A DNA stretch of 64,000 nt from assembly GCA_003159495.1 (NCBI GenBank), contig PLPI01000055.1, positions 3,275 through 67,274 of the forward strand. The letters run 5' to 3'. Both the position numbers and the translations under genes were made by a program. Below, piece after piece: positions 37,191-46,748 of this stretch (position 1 is its first letter; each line of letters begins with the position of its first letter). The notes under the pieces were generated by a model that saw only the letters and a program-made list of their open reading frames with translations, was not told the origin of the DNA and did not search any database. The DNA comes from a candidate division FCPU426 bacterium. Lineage in GTDB: Bacteria > Oederibacteriota > PGYV01 > Palsa-1178.

Positions 37191-38323
37191 TGGCGGGGGA
37201 TATGATGGCAAAATATAAAAAACTTGTTGGAATGGCGACTGCGCTGGTAATTATTGCCGTTCTGGTTCCCGCAATAGTGATGGCTATCCCGGCGAAGATA
37301 AAGGATTTGACTTCCATGGTCGGCATGCAGAGCAACGACCTTATAGGATACGGCGTTGTTGTCGGTTTGAGCGGTTCGGGCGACAGGGGGAAAGACCTGG
37401 TCACCGTGGAATCCATAGTGAATATGCTTGATAAACTGGGTGTAAGAGTGCCGCTGGACCAGATAGAAACAGCCAACTGTGCCGCGGTAATTGTTACGGC
37501 CGTGCTGCCGCCAACCTGCGAACAGGGCGAGAATATAGATGTCCATATTTCATCAATAGGGAACGCCACCAGCCTTTACGGCGGTACGCTTCTTATGACC
37601 CCTTTAAAAGCCGGAAATAACGAGGCATGCGCCGTGGCACAGGGATCCGTAGCAGTCGGCGGCCATAATTTTGAGATGAATAACAACAGCGTGAGCAAGA
37701 ACGCGCCGACTTCGGGATTTATCGCGGGCGGCGCCATGGTGCAGAAAAAAATAGACGCTGATTTTACCGCGGATAGTGAAGTGGCTTTTATAACCGCAAG
37801 GAACGATTTTGAACTTGCCGAAGCAATAATAAAGGGAATAAACGCGAAATTCGGGGACGGGACAGCCGGCACCACCGACGGCAAAAAAATAACAGTAAAG
37901 GTACCCGCTGATTTTGTGAGCGACAAAGCATCGTTTATAGCGGCGGTTTCGGCCCTGGAAGTGGATGATCCGGGCGAACCGTCAATTGTGCTTGATGAAC
38001 GCACGGGAACGGTGATAATGGGGGCGCAGGTTCCGGTCGACGAGGTTGCCATTTCACACGGCAACCTGCACGTTGCCATATCATCAAGAAATATTATTTC
38101 ACAGCCCAACCCGTTTTCTTCAGGAAGCACGCTGCAGGCTTTGAATTCCAGCATGACGGTGGACCAGGACAGGGCGAACTTTGCGGCCCTTAAAAAAGGC
38201 GCAACCCTTGCCGATGTGGTAAAAAACCTGAACACCATGGGCGTCTCGGCGGATGATATAATTTCAATTATAACCGATATGAAAGTAGCCGGGGCAATCA
38301 AGGGAAAAGTAATAGTAAAATAG
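37190..38323 (+). CDS. flgI: Flagellar P-ring protein FlgI
   Basis: Signal peptide, then IKDLTSMVGMQSNDLIGYGVVVGLSGSGD, the FlgI signature. Confidence 0.9.
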   Translation: MAGDMMAKYKKLVGMATALVIIAVLVPAIVMAIPAKIKDLTSMVGMQSNDLIGYGVVVGLSGSGDRGKDLVTVESIVNMLDKLGVRVPLDQIETANCAAVIVTAVLPPTCEQGENIDVHISSIGNATSLYGGTLLMTPLKAGNNEACAVAQGSVAVGGHNFEMNNNSVSKNAPTSGFIAGGAMVQKKIDADFTADSEVAFITARNDFELAEAIIKGINAKFGDGTAGTTDGKKITVKVPADFVSDKASFIAAVSALEVDDPGEPSIVLDERTGTVIMGAQVPVDEVAISHGNLHVAISSRNIISQPNPFSSGSTLQALNSSMTVDQDRANFAALKKGATLADVVKNLNTMGVSADDIISIITDMKVAGAIKGKVIVK

Positions 38324-38366
38324 CTCTTTTACAGGCCATGTTGTATATACACGCGGATTTTGATGT

Positions 38367-38394
38367 TTAACATTCTTTCGGAGCGCGCCGATAC
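38367..38394 (+). promoter_or_regulatory. Weak sigma-28-like promoter upstream of flgM
   Basis: TTAA-N16-GCCGATAC compared with the TAAA-N15-GCCGATAA consensus. Confidence 0.3.
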
Positions 38395-38419
38395 TGAATA
38401 TGAAGCAGTATCGTAAAAT

Positions 38420-39022
38420 GTGCGAAAAAGGAGTGTGGACATCATGGGAATCAGCATAGATAAGGTTGGCATGGCGCAAAATGCGCCTGCACCGGCAGCC
38501 GCGGCGCAGGCAGTTGCCGCGCAACAGCCCGCACCAAAGCAGGCAGTTTCGCAGCAGGTTGTTCAGCAGGCGGCGCAGCAACCGGCCATAACACAGCAGG
38601 CCATGCAGCAACCGGCGGTACAGGGGCCGGACGCAAGTCAGGAACAGGCGGATGTAACGCAGAAAAAACCCGCGGAAAAGGCCGCCCCGGAAAAGGCCAG
38701 GAAGTATTACACGGCCAATGACCTGAAAACAGCCACAGGAATGAGCAGTGACATACTGAAACTTAATGATGACCTTCGAAATATCGCCAAACAGAGTTTT
38801 CAGTACCAGACGGATATAGATGAAATAAAGAAAGAAATTGACGGAAGCGACAGCAATGATCCGGCAAAGCTTGAAAGGGATACCGCCGAACTGAGTTCCC
38901 TTAAGGCGCAGCTTAACGAAGCTGATACGGACAGAATGAGGAAAATTAATGAAATCAGGACCAAGTACGCCGGGGGAACATATAAGGTTAACAGCATGGA
39001 TGTTGTGAATAGCTGGGATTAA
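38420..39022 (+). CDS. flgM: Anti-sigma-28 factor FlgM-like, with a long Gln/Ala-rich N-terminal extension
   Basis: The C-terminus INEIRTKYAGGTYKVNSMDVVNSW matches the FlgM G-x-Y-xV motif. 200 aa versus a typical ~90 aa. Confidence 0.55.
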   Translation: MRKRSVDIMGISIDKVGMAQNAPAPAAAAQAVAAQQPAPKQAVSQQVVQQAAQQPAITQQAMQQPAVQGPDASQEQADVTQKKPAEKAAPEKARKYYTANDLKTATGMSSDILKLNDDLRNIAKQSFQYQTDIDEIKKEIDGSDSNDPAKLERDTAELSSLKAQLNEADTDRMRKINEIRTKYAGGTYKVNSMDVVNSWD

Positions 39023-39040
39023 AGACTCAAAGGAGAAAAA

Positions 39041-39562
39041 ATGGAAACGACGCCCGCTCCGGAAAGCTGCATAGAGAACGCATACAGGTGTTTTGACGAG
39101 ATAGCCAATCTCTACAAGAAACTCCTTGACTTGTCCATGAAGGAAAAGGAATTGATAATATACGAGGACCTTAAAACCCTGACAACGACGATAATAGAAA
39201 AAGAAGAGCTTATGAACGCCATAAGCGTACAAAAGGACGAGGTTAAGGAACATATGGAAGGCGTGAAGCTGGGATACGGCTACCAGCAGGGCGAACAGGT
39301 GCCTGTGATGAGGCTCATAAAACTTTTTCCCGGGGACTGGACAAACAAATTTGAGATGGTTTTCGCCCGCCTCAGGGAATATACGTCAAGCATAAGGACC
39401 GTTGCAATGGTCAACAAACGGCTTATCGCGGATACGGTAAAGTTCATAAATTATGTGGTAAATTTTATGAAAAAAGGTGACGGGGAAATGACTGTATATT
39501 CCCACAAGGGATTTGCCGTTAAGAAATCGAACGAACTTAATTTTCTTGACGTCCAGCTTTAG
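39041..39562 (+). CDS. flgN: FlgN-like chaperone for FlgK/FlgL
   Basis: 173-aa helical protein between flgM and flgK. Confidence 0.5.
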   Translation: METTPAPESCIENAYRCFDEIANLYKKLLDLSMKEKELIIYEDLKTLTTTIIEKEELMNAISVQKDEVKEHMEGVKLGYGYQQGEQVPVMRLIKLFPGDWTNKFEMVFARLREYTSSIRTVAMVNKRLIADTVKFINYVVNFMKKGDGEMTVYSHKGFAVKKSNELNFLDVQL

Positions 39563-39578
39563 GTTATAGGAGGATAAA

Positions 39579-40988
39579 ATGCCATCAACATTTTTCGGCC
39601 TTGAAATTGCATTAAGCGGCCTTACGGCGCAGACGGCGGCGCAGAGCGTTGTTTCCAACAACATAGCCAACGCAAACACACCGGGTTACACAAAGCAGGT
39701 GGCGCAGATGACGTCAACACTGCCGTATCCCGATCCGTCGGCAAACGCGGCAATGATTGCCGGACAGCTCGGAACCGGAGTGGCCGTAACCATGATAGAC
39801 AGCGCAAGGGATAAAATGCTTAACAACCAGATAACAAACAACACGGCCCAGCAGTCTTCAAACACGGCTTTAATGAACGGGTTGTCCGAACTGGAATCAT
39901 TTTTTAACGAGCCGTCAACGCCTTCGCTGGGCGACTCTCTTAACAATTTTTACAGCGCCCTGAGCAGCCTCTCAAGCAACCCCACGGACGAGGGGGTCAG
40001 GCAAAATCTTGTAAATTCCGCCCAGACTCTTACCGGCGAGTTTTCCAGCATGAACACCAACCTGAACAATATGGATACGCAGATAAACGGAAACGTGGCA
40101 TCGGATGTTTCCTCGATTAACAGCCTTGCAACCCAGATAAACAACATCAACTACCAGATATATAAGGCCCAGAATATGGGATTTACCACCAATGACCTTC
40201 TTGACACCAGGCAGGACCTCATGAACAGCCTTTCAAAACTGACAAATTTCCAGTCGACGGATATGGGCAACGGCTATATGAAGATAGAAATAAACGGACA
40301 TACCCTGGTGGGGCAGAATTATACTGTGCCGCTGACAACCGTGAATGACCCGGCAAATAACAACGCTGTAATGCCCGTCTTTTCAGATGACGGTAGCCCC
40401 CTTGTTACGACCGGCGGCGAGATAAACGGGCTGATGACCCTGCGCGATGTCAACATGACCCAGTACAAGGGGGAGCTTGATTCAATAGCGCAGAATCTGA
40501 TGACTTCCGTTAATTCACTGCAGTCATCGGGTTATGCCCTTAACGGCGCCGCACCGACGGGTATAAATTTCTTTAACGGAACGGATTCAACCAATATAAC
40601 AGTAAACCCGGATATAGTTTCGGATCCGACACAGATAGCGGCGGCGGCAACGGCTTCATCTTCGGGAGACGGCTCCAACGCGCTGGCGATGTCAGACCTG
40701 CAGAACACGCTTTCAATGTCCGGGGGCACGCAGACGATAGGGGAGTATTATGCCTCGCTCGTGAGCCAGGTGGGAAGCGACTCCCAGAGCTACCAGAACA
40801 ACGACCAGATATTTACAAGCGTGGCCAACAACCTGCAGAACCAGTGGCAGTCGGAATCGGGTGTTTCACTTGACGAGGAGATGACCAACCTGATCCAGTT
40901 CCAGCATGCCTATGAGGCAAGCTCCAAGGTCATGGTCGTGCAGGACCAGATGCTTCAGACGCTGATAAATATGATAAATCCTTCTTAG
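39579..40988 (+). CDS. flgK: Hook-associated protein 1 FlgK
   Basis: GLEIALSGL...NNIANANTPGY N-terminus and a conserved C-terminal helix. Confidence 0.85.
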   Translation: MPSTFFGLEIALSGLTAQTAAQSVVSNNIANANTPGYTKQVAQMTSTLPYPDPSANAAMIAGQLGTGVAVTMIDSARDKMLNNQITNNTAQQSSNTALMNGLSELESFFNEPSTPSLGDSLNNFYSALSSLSSNPTDEGVRQNLVNSAQTLTGEFSSMNTNLNNMDTQINGNVASDVSSINSLATQINNINYQIYKAQNMGFTTNDLLDTRQDLMNSLSKLTNFQSTDMGNGYMKIEINGHTLVGQNYTVPLTTVNDPANNNAVMPVFSDDGSPLVTTGGEINGLMTLRDVNMTQYKGELDSIAQNLMTSVNSLQSSGYALNGAAPTGINFFNGTDSTNITVNPDIVSDPTQIAAAATASSSGDGSNALAMSDLQNTLSMSGGTQTIGEYYASLVSQVGSDSQSYQNNDQIFTSVANNLQNQWQSESGVSLDEEMTNLIQFQHAYEASSKVMVVQDQMLQTLINMINPS

Positions 40989-41014
40989 AGTTATTAAATA
41001 GTTGAGGTGAAAAT

Positions 41015-41917
41015 ATGAGAGTAACAGATTCCTACATGTACGACAGTTTTATATCGGATTTACAGAATAACATGCAGCAGTTGGACAAGATTAACCAGAA
41101 AATATCCACGGGGCTGGACGTGAACAAACCGTCGGACTCGCCGGATAAAATAGGCAGTATTATATCGCTCAGGGATTCCATAAATAATATTACGCAGTAC
41201 CAGACGAACGTCGGCGCGGCGAATAATTACCTTAATTCCACATCGACGGCGCTTACATCCATGGCGAATATTTTAAACAGCGCGCAGACGCTTGCTGTAC
41301 AGGGGGCAAACGACACTTACAGCGCGGATGACCGTACTTCCATGGCAACCCAGGTGGACAATCAGATACAGGAGATGCTTACACTTGGCAATACGCAGGT
41401 TAACGGGCAGTATATTTTCGGCGGTTACCAGACGTCGACGCAGCCTTTTACGGCAACCACGACCGGCACATCAGTGACCGGAGTAACATACAACGGGGAC
41501 AGCGGGCTGATGCCTGAAGAGATAAACCAGGGGGATATAATAAATAAGAACGTTCCGGGTTCAAGCCTGACAGCCGCTGGAACCGACGTTTACAATGCAC
41601 TTATCAATTTCAGAAACGACCTTCAGAATAATGATGCCACGGCAATAACGGCGGATATAGGGACTCTGCAGAGCGCGTATAACAGCATTACAACCATGAA
41701 CACCGATATCGGCGGAAAATTACAAAGAACCACCGACGTCAGTTCAACATTGACGAATACCAACACGACGCTGACCGGCATACAGTCATCCCTTGAGGAT
41801 GTGGACATGCCCACGGCAATGACGAATTTTCAGCTCCAACAGAATGTCTACCAATCCGCACTGACGTCAATATCGCAGATGATGCAGCAGACAACGCTCG
41901 CGGATATTTTGAGATAA
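41015..41917 (+). CDS. flgL: Hook-associated protein 3 FlgL
   Basis: 300 aa with flagellin-like N- and C-terminal helices; follows flgK. Confidence 0.8.
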   Translation: MRVTDSYMYDSFISDLQNNMQQLDKINQKISTGLDVNKPSDSPDKIGSIISLRDSINNITQYQTNVGAANNYLNSTSTALTSMANILNSAQTLAVQGANDTYSADDRTSMATQVDNQIQEMLTLGNTQVNGQYIFGGYQTSTQPFTATTTGTSVTGVTYNGDSGLMPEEINQGDIINKNVPGSSLTAAGTDVYNALINFRNDLQNNDATAITADIGTLQSAYNSITTMNTDIGGKLQRTTDVSSTLTNTNTTLTGIQSSLEDVDMPTAMTNFQLQQNVYQSALTSISQMMQQTTLADILR

Positions 41918-41953
41918 AAGATTTATATATGAAAAAGGAAAAGAGGCGTAAAG

Positions 41954-42421
41954 ATGGCAAACGGTGTGGTTGAAACGACGGAAAAAAGCAGGGAAATAAA
42001 TTTTGTGAAGCCGGTGCTGGGGTTTGAGGAGAGCAGGATATACTCCTTTCAGGAATATAAGCCGGGAAGCCCTTTTATGTGGATGATTTCCGCCGGGGAC
42101 GAACGGCTCAGGTTTATTGTAATTAATGTGTTTGACTTTTTCCCCGGCTATGATTTAAAATTAAGCAACGACGACAGGGAACTTCTGGGCTTTGATGAAA
42201 AAAGCGCGCTTGTATTCGGGCTCGTGTCGATCCCGGAAAATCCGGAGGAGATGACGGTGAATCTGGCGGCTCCGGTCGTTGTTAATTACAAAAAAATGGC
42301 CGGCGGGCAATTTGTGAACCTGATTGATGGATATTCACTGAAAGAACCGCTTGTTAAAAGAGGAGAAGCAAATGCTGATTCTGTCAAGGAAAACGGGAGA
42401 AAAGATAATAATAAACGGTGA
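41954..42421 (+). CDS. fliW: Flagellar assembly factor FliW
   Basis: 155 aa; INFVKPVLGFE...RLRFIVINVFDFFPGYD matches the FliW family. Confidence 0.8.
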   Translation: MANGVVETTEKSREINFVKPVLGFEESRIYSFQEYKPGSPFMWMISAGDERLRFIVINVFDFFPGYDLKLSNDDRELLGFDEKSALVFGLVSIPENPEEMTVNLAAPVVVNYKKMAGGQFVNLIDGYSLKEPLVKRGEANADSVKENGRKDNNKR

Positions 42422-42605
42422 CATCGAAATAACCATAGCCGAACTGAGGGGCTCCGAGGTGCGCATCGGCATATCGGCCCCGAAGAATGTATCAATATAC
42501 AGGGAGGAGGTGTACAGAAAAGTGCAGCAGGAGAACGTGAAAGCGATGGTTGAAAAAACGCCGGATTTAACGAAGGTGGAACTGAAGGGGAAAAAGAAAA
42601 AATAA
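42372..42605 (+). CDS. csrA: Carbon storage regulator CsrA
   Basis: MLILSRKTGEKIIINGDIEITI... is canonical for CsrA. The start overlaps the end of fliW; the ORF is open from 42351. Confidence 0.9.
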   Translation: MLILSRKTGEKIIINGDIEITIAELRGSEVRIGISAPKNVSIYREEVYRKVQQENVKAMVEKTPDLTKVELKGKKKK

Positions 42606-42697
42606 AATTTAAGTTTTTGAAAGAGAAAGACGAAGATAAAGTGTAAGAGAAAAACAACAACTGCTTCGATGGCCACGGAGCAAGCGACGCCGAAAGA

Positions 42698-42738
42698 CCC
42701 GGAATGGATTCCGGGAAAAAAACATCACGGAGGATGAA
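42698..42738 (+). promoter_or_regulatory. Predicted CsrA-binding sites in the flagellin 5' leader
   Basis: Hairpin CCCGGAA-tgga-TTCCGGG presents GGA in its loop. A second GGA lies in the SD (acGGAGGAtgaatcATG). Confidence 0.45.
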
Positions 42739-42740
42739 TC

Positions 42741-43562
42741 ATGGTTATCAATCACAACATCAGCTCGATGATCGCTCTCACGAACTTGAACAACACGGAC
42801 AGTGCGATGCAGTCTTCCCTCACGAAGCTTTCTTCAGGCGACAAAATTGTTACGTCAGCAGACGATCCGGCGGGTATGGCAATTGCTCAGAAAATGTTGG
42901 CCCAGATGAATTCTCTGACACAGGCCAAACAGAACACATCGGACGGCCTTTCCCTCATGCAGACAGCGGACGGTTCTTTAAACACGGCAACCGACATCCT
43001 GCAGAGGCTAAACACCCTGGCAGTAAGGTCGGCGAACGACGCGACTCTTACGACCTCGGACAAAGGGCTGATACAGAGCGAAGCCAACCAGCTCACATCG
43101 GAACTCACCAGAATGGCATCTACGGTACAGTTCAACACAAAAAATCTGCTTGACGGAAACTTCACCAATGAACAGCTTCAGGTAGGCACGGGCTCTGCCT
43201 CATCGGACCAGATCGACTTAAGCATAACCGGCGTCAGCGCGAAAACACTTGGTGTTGATTCGCTGGATTTCACCACGGTTGCGGGATCCGAGTCCGCGAT
43301 TGATTCAATAACATCGGCCATCAACCTTGTGTCCGCCAACAGGGGCCAGATAGGCGCTGTTATGGACAGGCTTCAGGAGACAAGCAGCAACATCGACATC
43401 GAGAACACGAACATGACGGCATCCGAATCCAACATCATGGATGTTGACATGGCATCGGAAATGTCAAACTTCACAAGGCTGCAGGTACTCCAGCAGTCGG
43501 GCACTTCCATGCTGGCGCAGGCAAATTCACTGCCGCAGAGTGTTCTTAAACTGATGCAGTAA
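42741..43562 (+). CDS. fliC: Flagellin (minimal D0-D1 type, 273 aa)
   Basis: MVINHNISSMIALTNL N-terminus and LPQSVLKLMQ C-terminus; no hypervariable domain. Confidence 0.9.
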   Translation: MVINHNISSMIALTNLNNTDSAMQSSLTKLSSGDKIVTSADDPAGMAIAQKMLAQMNSLTQAKQNTSDGLSLMQTADGSLNTATDILQRLNTLAVRSANDATLTTSDKGLIQSEANQLTSELTRMASTVQFNTKNLLDGNFTNEQLQVGTGSASSDQIDLSITGVSAKTLGVDSLDFTTVAGSESAIDSITSAINLVSANRGQIGAVMDRLQETSSNIDIENTNMTASESNIMDVDMASEMSNFTRLQVLQQSGTSMLAQANSLPQSVLKLMQ

Positions 43563-43577
43563 AATTTCAATCAACGG

Positions 43578-43608
43578 GCCGGCAGGGCTTTAACCCTGCC
43601 GGCTTTTT
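43578..43608 (+). terminator. Rho-independent terminator after the flagellin gene
   Basis: GCCGGCAGGG-ctttaa-CCCTGCCGGC stem followed by TTTTT. Confidence 0.7.
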
Positions 43609-43651
43609 AATCAGCCGGAATTTATGCCGGCTTTAAGCACTGGAAAGGAGA

Positions 43652-45526
43652 ATGAAAATGGCGTCAAGTTTGTTCATTACGGGGCTTTCGTCGGGGATTG
43701 ACTGGTCATCAATAATAACCGAAATGATGACAGCCGCCCGGATACCGGAAACAACAATGCAGAATCAGGTGGCGTCGGATCAGGACGGGCTGACTTTCTG
43801 GTCCGGGCTTACAACGGACGTGAATACCCTTCAAAACGCGGCGGATGCCATGCGTAATATAGGCGGCGATGTATTTGATTCAAAGGCTCCGTCAATTTCA
43901 AATCCTTCAGTTGCGAGCGCAACCCTGAGCGACAATAATACGCCCATGAGCAATTATAATATAAATGTAACTTCTCTTGCTTCTTTCGCCATTAAAACAA
44001 GCGGGGTGCTATATACCGCATCAAATGCGAATCCTGCGCCGGCATCGGAAACAAGTTCCGCCGCCATCAATTCATCGGGTAATACAGTTTCATCGGCGGT
44101 TACGCTGGGCGCACAGGGGGTGAATTTCAACACAACCCCTGATGATTCCGGATCAATCACCGTGAACGGTGTTGCAATAAACTGGAACTCAACAGACAGC
44201 CTGAACGACATTGCCGCAAGGATAAATGCTTCCAACACCGGCGCAACCGCCGTTTATAACGCCCAGAATCAGACTTTTAACATAAGCTCGGGGACAACTG
44301 GCCAGGCGGCAACGGTAAAACTGGGAGAGACTTCGGGAAACCTTCTGGAGGCGCTTAATTTAACGGCCGGAACTTATTCGGGAACCAACGCAAAAGCCAC
44401 TGACCAGACGCACCTGCTTGATTCAAGCGCGGCAAACCTTGACAATACCGTTACAGCCGGGATTTTTACCATTAATAATGTGAAATTCAGCGTTGACCCG
44501 GCCAAGGATTCAATTCATTCCGTACTTTCTGAGATTAACACATCAAACGCCGGAGTAACAGCTACCTATGATTCGTCCAGCGGGACCATAAGCCTTGCGG
44601 CGGATAATTCGGGTTCGGCGAATGATATTGTACTGGGAAGCGCGGACGACACTTCAAACATACTTTATGCCCTCAAATTATCATCAAGCAATCCACCGGT
44701 TGGCGGCGCTTCCGATACATATTCGGGAACTGACGCGCAATATTCGATAAATGGCGGCAGTACGGTTACTTCTTCCTCAAATATAATCACCGGAGCCATA
44801 CCCGGTATGACGGTGAACCTTTCGGGCGCCGGGCAGACCACAATAAGCGTTGCCTCTGATACACAGGGCATAACTGAAGCGGTACAGACGTTTACGGACG
44901 CATTTAATAAGGTCATGACAGATATTCAGACACAGCTGACAACGGCCGCTGTCCAGAATCCGACAACAGGCGATGAAATGTTCCAGGGAAGCCTGAGCAA
45001 CAACAGCACCCTTGAAACATTAAAGGAAAAGCTTGAAGGCATGGTTGACAACCTGATACCCGGTATGAGCGGGGGGGTAAACATGGCGGCCGAGGCCGGG
45101 CTTTCTCTTACGTCAAACGATAATTATCAGACCCTTACGCTAAATTTTGATTCCGCAAAATTTCAGCAGATGCTGAGTTCGAATCCCAACGGCATGTCAC
45201 AGTTTTTTTCTTCCAATACCGGATTTGCCCAGAATGCTTTCAATGTGCTGAATAATTATACGGCGCCGCTGGGCCCGATCAGCGCGGAAGTAACAAACCT
45301 TAATAACGATGTGTCGTCAAAGACCGATCAGATAACGGAATTTGAGTCTAGGATGACAATGGAACAGAGCCAGCTGCAAACCGAGTTTTCAAATATGGAA
45401 GCTTCAATGTCCACAATGAAAAATCAGATGGCCTATTTTTCCGCCATGTCCGGTACTTCAACGTCGTCTTCATCGTCATCATCATCTACTTCGGGCTCTT
45501 CTTCCGGAACATCAAGCTCAAGTTAG
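43652..45526 (+). CDS. fliD: Filament cap protein FliD (624 aa) with a Ser-rich C-terminal tail
   Basis: SGIDWSSIITEMM N-terminal motif. The C-terminus ends SSSSSSSSTSGSSSGTSSSS. Confidence 0.85.
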   Translation: MKMASSLFITGLSSGIDWSSIITEMMTAARIPETTMQNQVASDQDGLTFWSGLTTDVNTLQNAADAMRNIGGDVFDSKAPSISNPSVASATLSDNNTPMSNYNINVTSLASFAIKTSGVLYTASNANPAPASETSSAAINSSGNTVSSAVTLGAQGVNFNTTPDDSGSITVNGVAINWNSTDSLNDIAARINASNTGATAVYNAQNQTFNISSGTTGQAATVKLGETSGNLLEALNLTAGTYSGTNAKATDQTHLLDSSAANLDNTVTAGIFTINNVKFSVDPAKDSIHSVLSEINTSNAGVTATYDSSSGTISLAADNSGSANDIVLGSADDTSNILYALKLSSSNPPVGGASDTYSGTDAQYSINGGSTVTSSSNIITGAIPGMTVNLSGAGQTTISVASDTQGITEAVQTFTDAFNKVMTDIQTQLTTAAVQNPTTGDEMFQGSLSNNSTLETLKEKLEGMVDNLIPGMSGGVNMAAEAGLSLTSNDNYQTLTLNFDSAKFQQMLSSNPNGMSQFFSSNTGFAQNAFNVLNNYTAPLGPISAEVTNLNNDVSSKTDQITEFESRMTMEQSQLQTEFSNMEASMSTMKNQMAYFSAMSGTSTSSSSSSSSTSGSSSGTSSSS

Positions 45527-45549
45527 TACAATAAAAAAGGGGTGAAATT

Positions 45550-46179
45550 ATGAAACTTTTAATTGACGGGATTGAATACGGAGCGATTGAGTTTGAAAAA
45601 CAGAACAGGAACACGCTGGCGGAACTGGTGGCGCAGGGGACTGGAAAAAATGACAGGATAATAGTCTTTTTGAAGACTCCGGGCGGCGAAAAGTACGACT
45701 TTTACGGCCAGGATATTTTCGGCCTTGTGAGCGTACATGACGAATACGTGGATCTTGTGACCGCAACCCAGAAAGAAATAGCCATGGCGACAATATATGA
45801 TTCTGTTTTTGTGCTTGAGAAGGTGAAAGGCGCGCTGAAAAAGGTGGTGGAACTTCTTCTGACGGGCGAATTCGAGAAATCCATGAAAAATTTCTCGCAG
45901 TGTGTATCAAGCATACAAACCATTTTTGCAATGATGGGGACAATGAAAGCCACCGGGCTCTTGAATTTTGTCGAAGGGCGCAGCTATGTAAATGAATTTA
46001 TTGACAAGTCATCCACTGTAAACGGAATGCTTACAAGAATAGTGGATGCCATCAGCCTGGAGGATAATATAATGACCGCGGACATTGTGGAATACGAGTT
46101 GTTGCCGATGATAGACAGCTGGGAAGACACAATGCCGGTTTTGTATAAGGATGTAATGGAAGGCAACACACTACATTAG
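45550..46179 (+). CDS. Hypothetical protein between fliD and fliS
   Basis: 209 aa with no motif I recognise; its position suggests a flagellar accessory role. Confidence 0.45.
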   Translation: MKLLIDGIEYGAIEFEKQNRNTLAELVAQGTGKNDRIIVFLKTPGGEKYDFYGQDIFGLVSVHDEYVDLVTATQKEIAMATIYDSVFVLEKVKGALKKVVELLLTGEFEKSMKNFSQCVSSIQTIFAMMGTMKATGLLNFVEGRSYVNEFIDKSSTVNGMLTRIVDAISLEDNIMTADIVEYELLPMIDSWEDTMPVLYKDVMEGNTLH

Positions 46180-46195
46180 GAATTTGGGGGTAAAA

Positions 46196-46603
46196 ATGGA
46201 AAAAAACGGGCTTGCAACGGAAGATGCGAGGAGCAATTCAATAAAAAAGTATGTGAATAATAGTTTCTTGACACGCACACCGGAACTGCTTATACTTGAT
46301 CTGTACGACGGCTGTATAAAATTTCTGCGGGCGGCTCTGGACGGCTTCAACGAGGAGTCGTATGAGAAAATTAACAACAACCTCAACAGGGCGGACGCCA
46401 TTGTGGATGAGCTTAACGGCTCGCTTAATTTTGAAAAGGGCGGGGAAATAGCGGTTAATTTTAGAAAACTTTACACTTTTATTGACCGGTCAATAACGGC
46501 GAGCAATGTGAAAAAAGACCGGCAAAAGGCCGAGGATGCCCTGAAAATAATACAGATGATGCGCGACACATGGAGCGAAGGCGTTGTAAAAAACAGGGTT
46601 TAG
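46196..46603 (+). CDS. fliS: Flagellin chaperone FliS
   Basis: ELLILDLYDGCIKFL...EKINNNLNRADAIVDELNGSLNFE matches the FliS family. RBS ggggg precedes ATG 46196. Confidence 0.85.
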   Translation: MEKNGLATEDARSNSIKKYVNNSFLTRTPELLILDLYDGCIKFLRAALDGFNEESYEKINNNLNRADAIVDELNGSLNFEKGGEIAVNFRKLYTFIDRSITASNVKKDRQKAEDALKIIQMMRDTWSEGVVKNRV

Positions 46604-46625
46604 AAAAACTGTTTTGAGATAAAAA

Positions 46626-46652
46626 GCCCGGGCATTCATTGCCCGGGCTTTT
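46626..46652 (+). terminator. Rho-independent terminator after fliS
   Basis: GCCCGGGCA-ttcat-TGCCCGGGC stem followed by TTTT. Confidence 0.7.
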
Positions 46653-46748
46653 CCATTAATGCAAGAACTTTCAGAGAGGTGACAGGAGAAAGCAGAATTA
46701 TTATAAAAATACCACGGCTTTTAAAGTGTGGTTTTATGATGGTGAAAA

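Noticed and set aside
42672-42697. Sigma-54 or sigma-28 promoter directly upstream of the flagellin gene
   Set aside because: GG/GC pairs here have N11 or poor flanks (ACGGAG...GACGCC). A GCCGAAAG stretch resembles a sigma-28 -10 box, but no TAAA -35 element lies at 15-16 bp. No confident promoter call could be made by eye.
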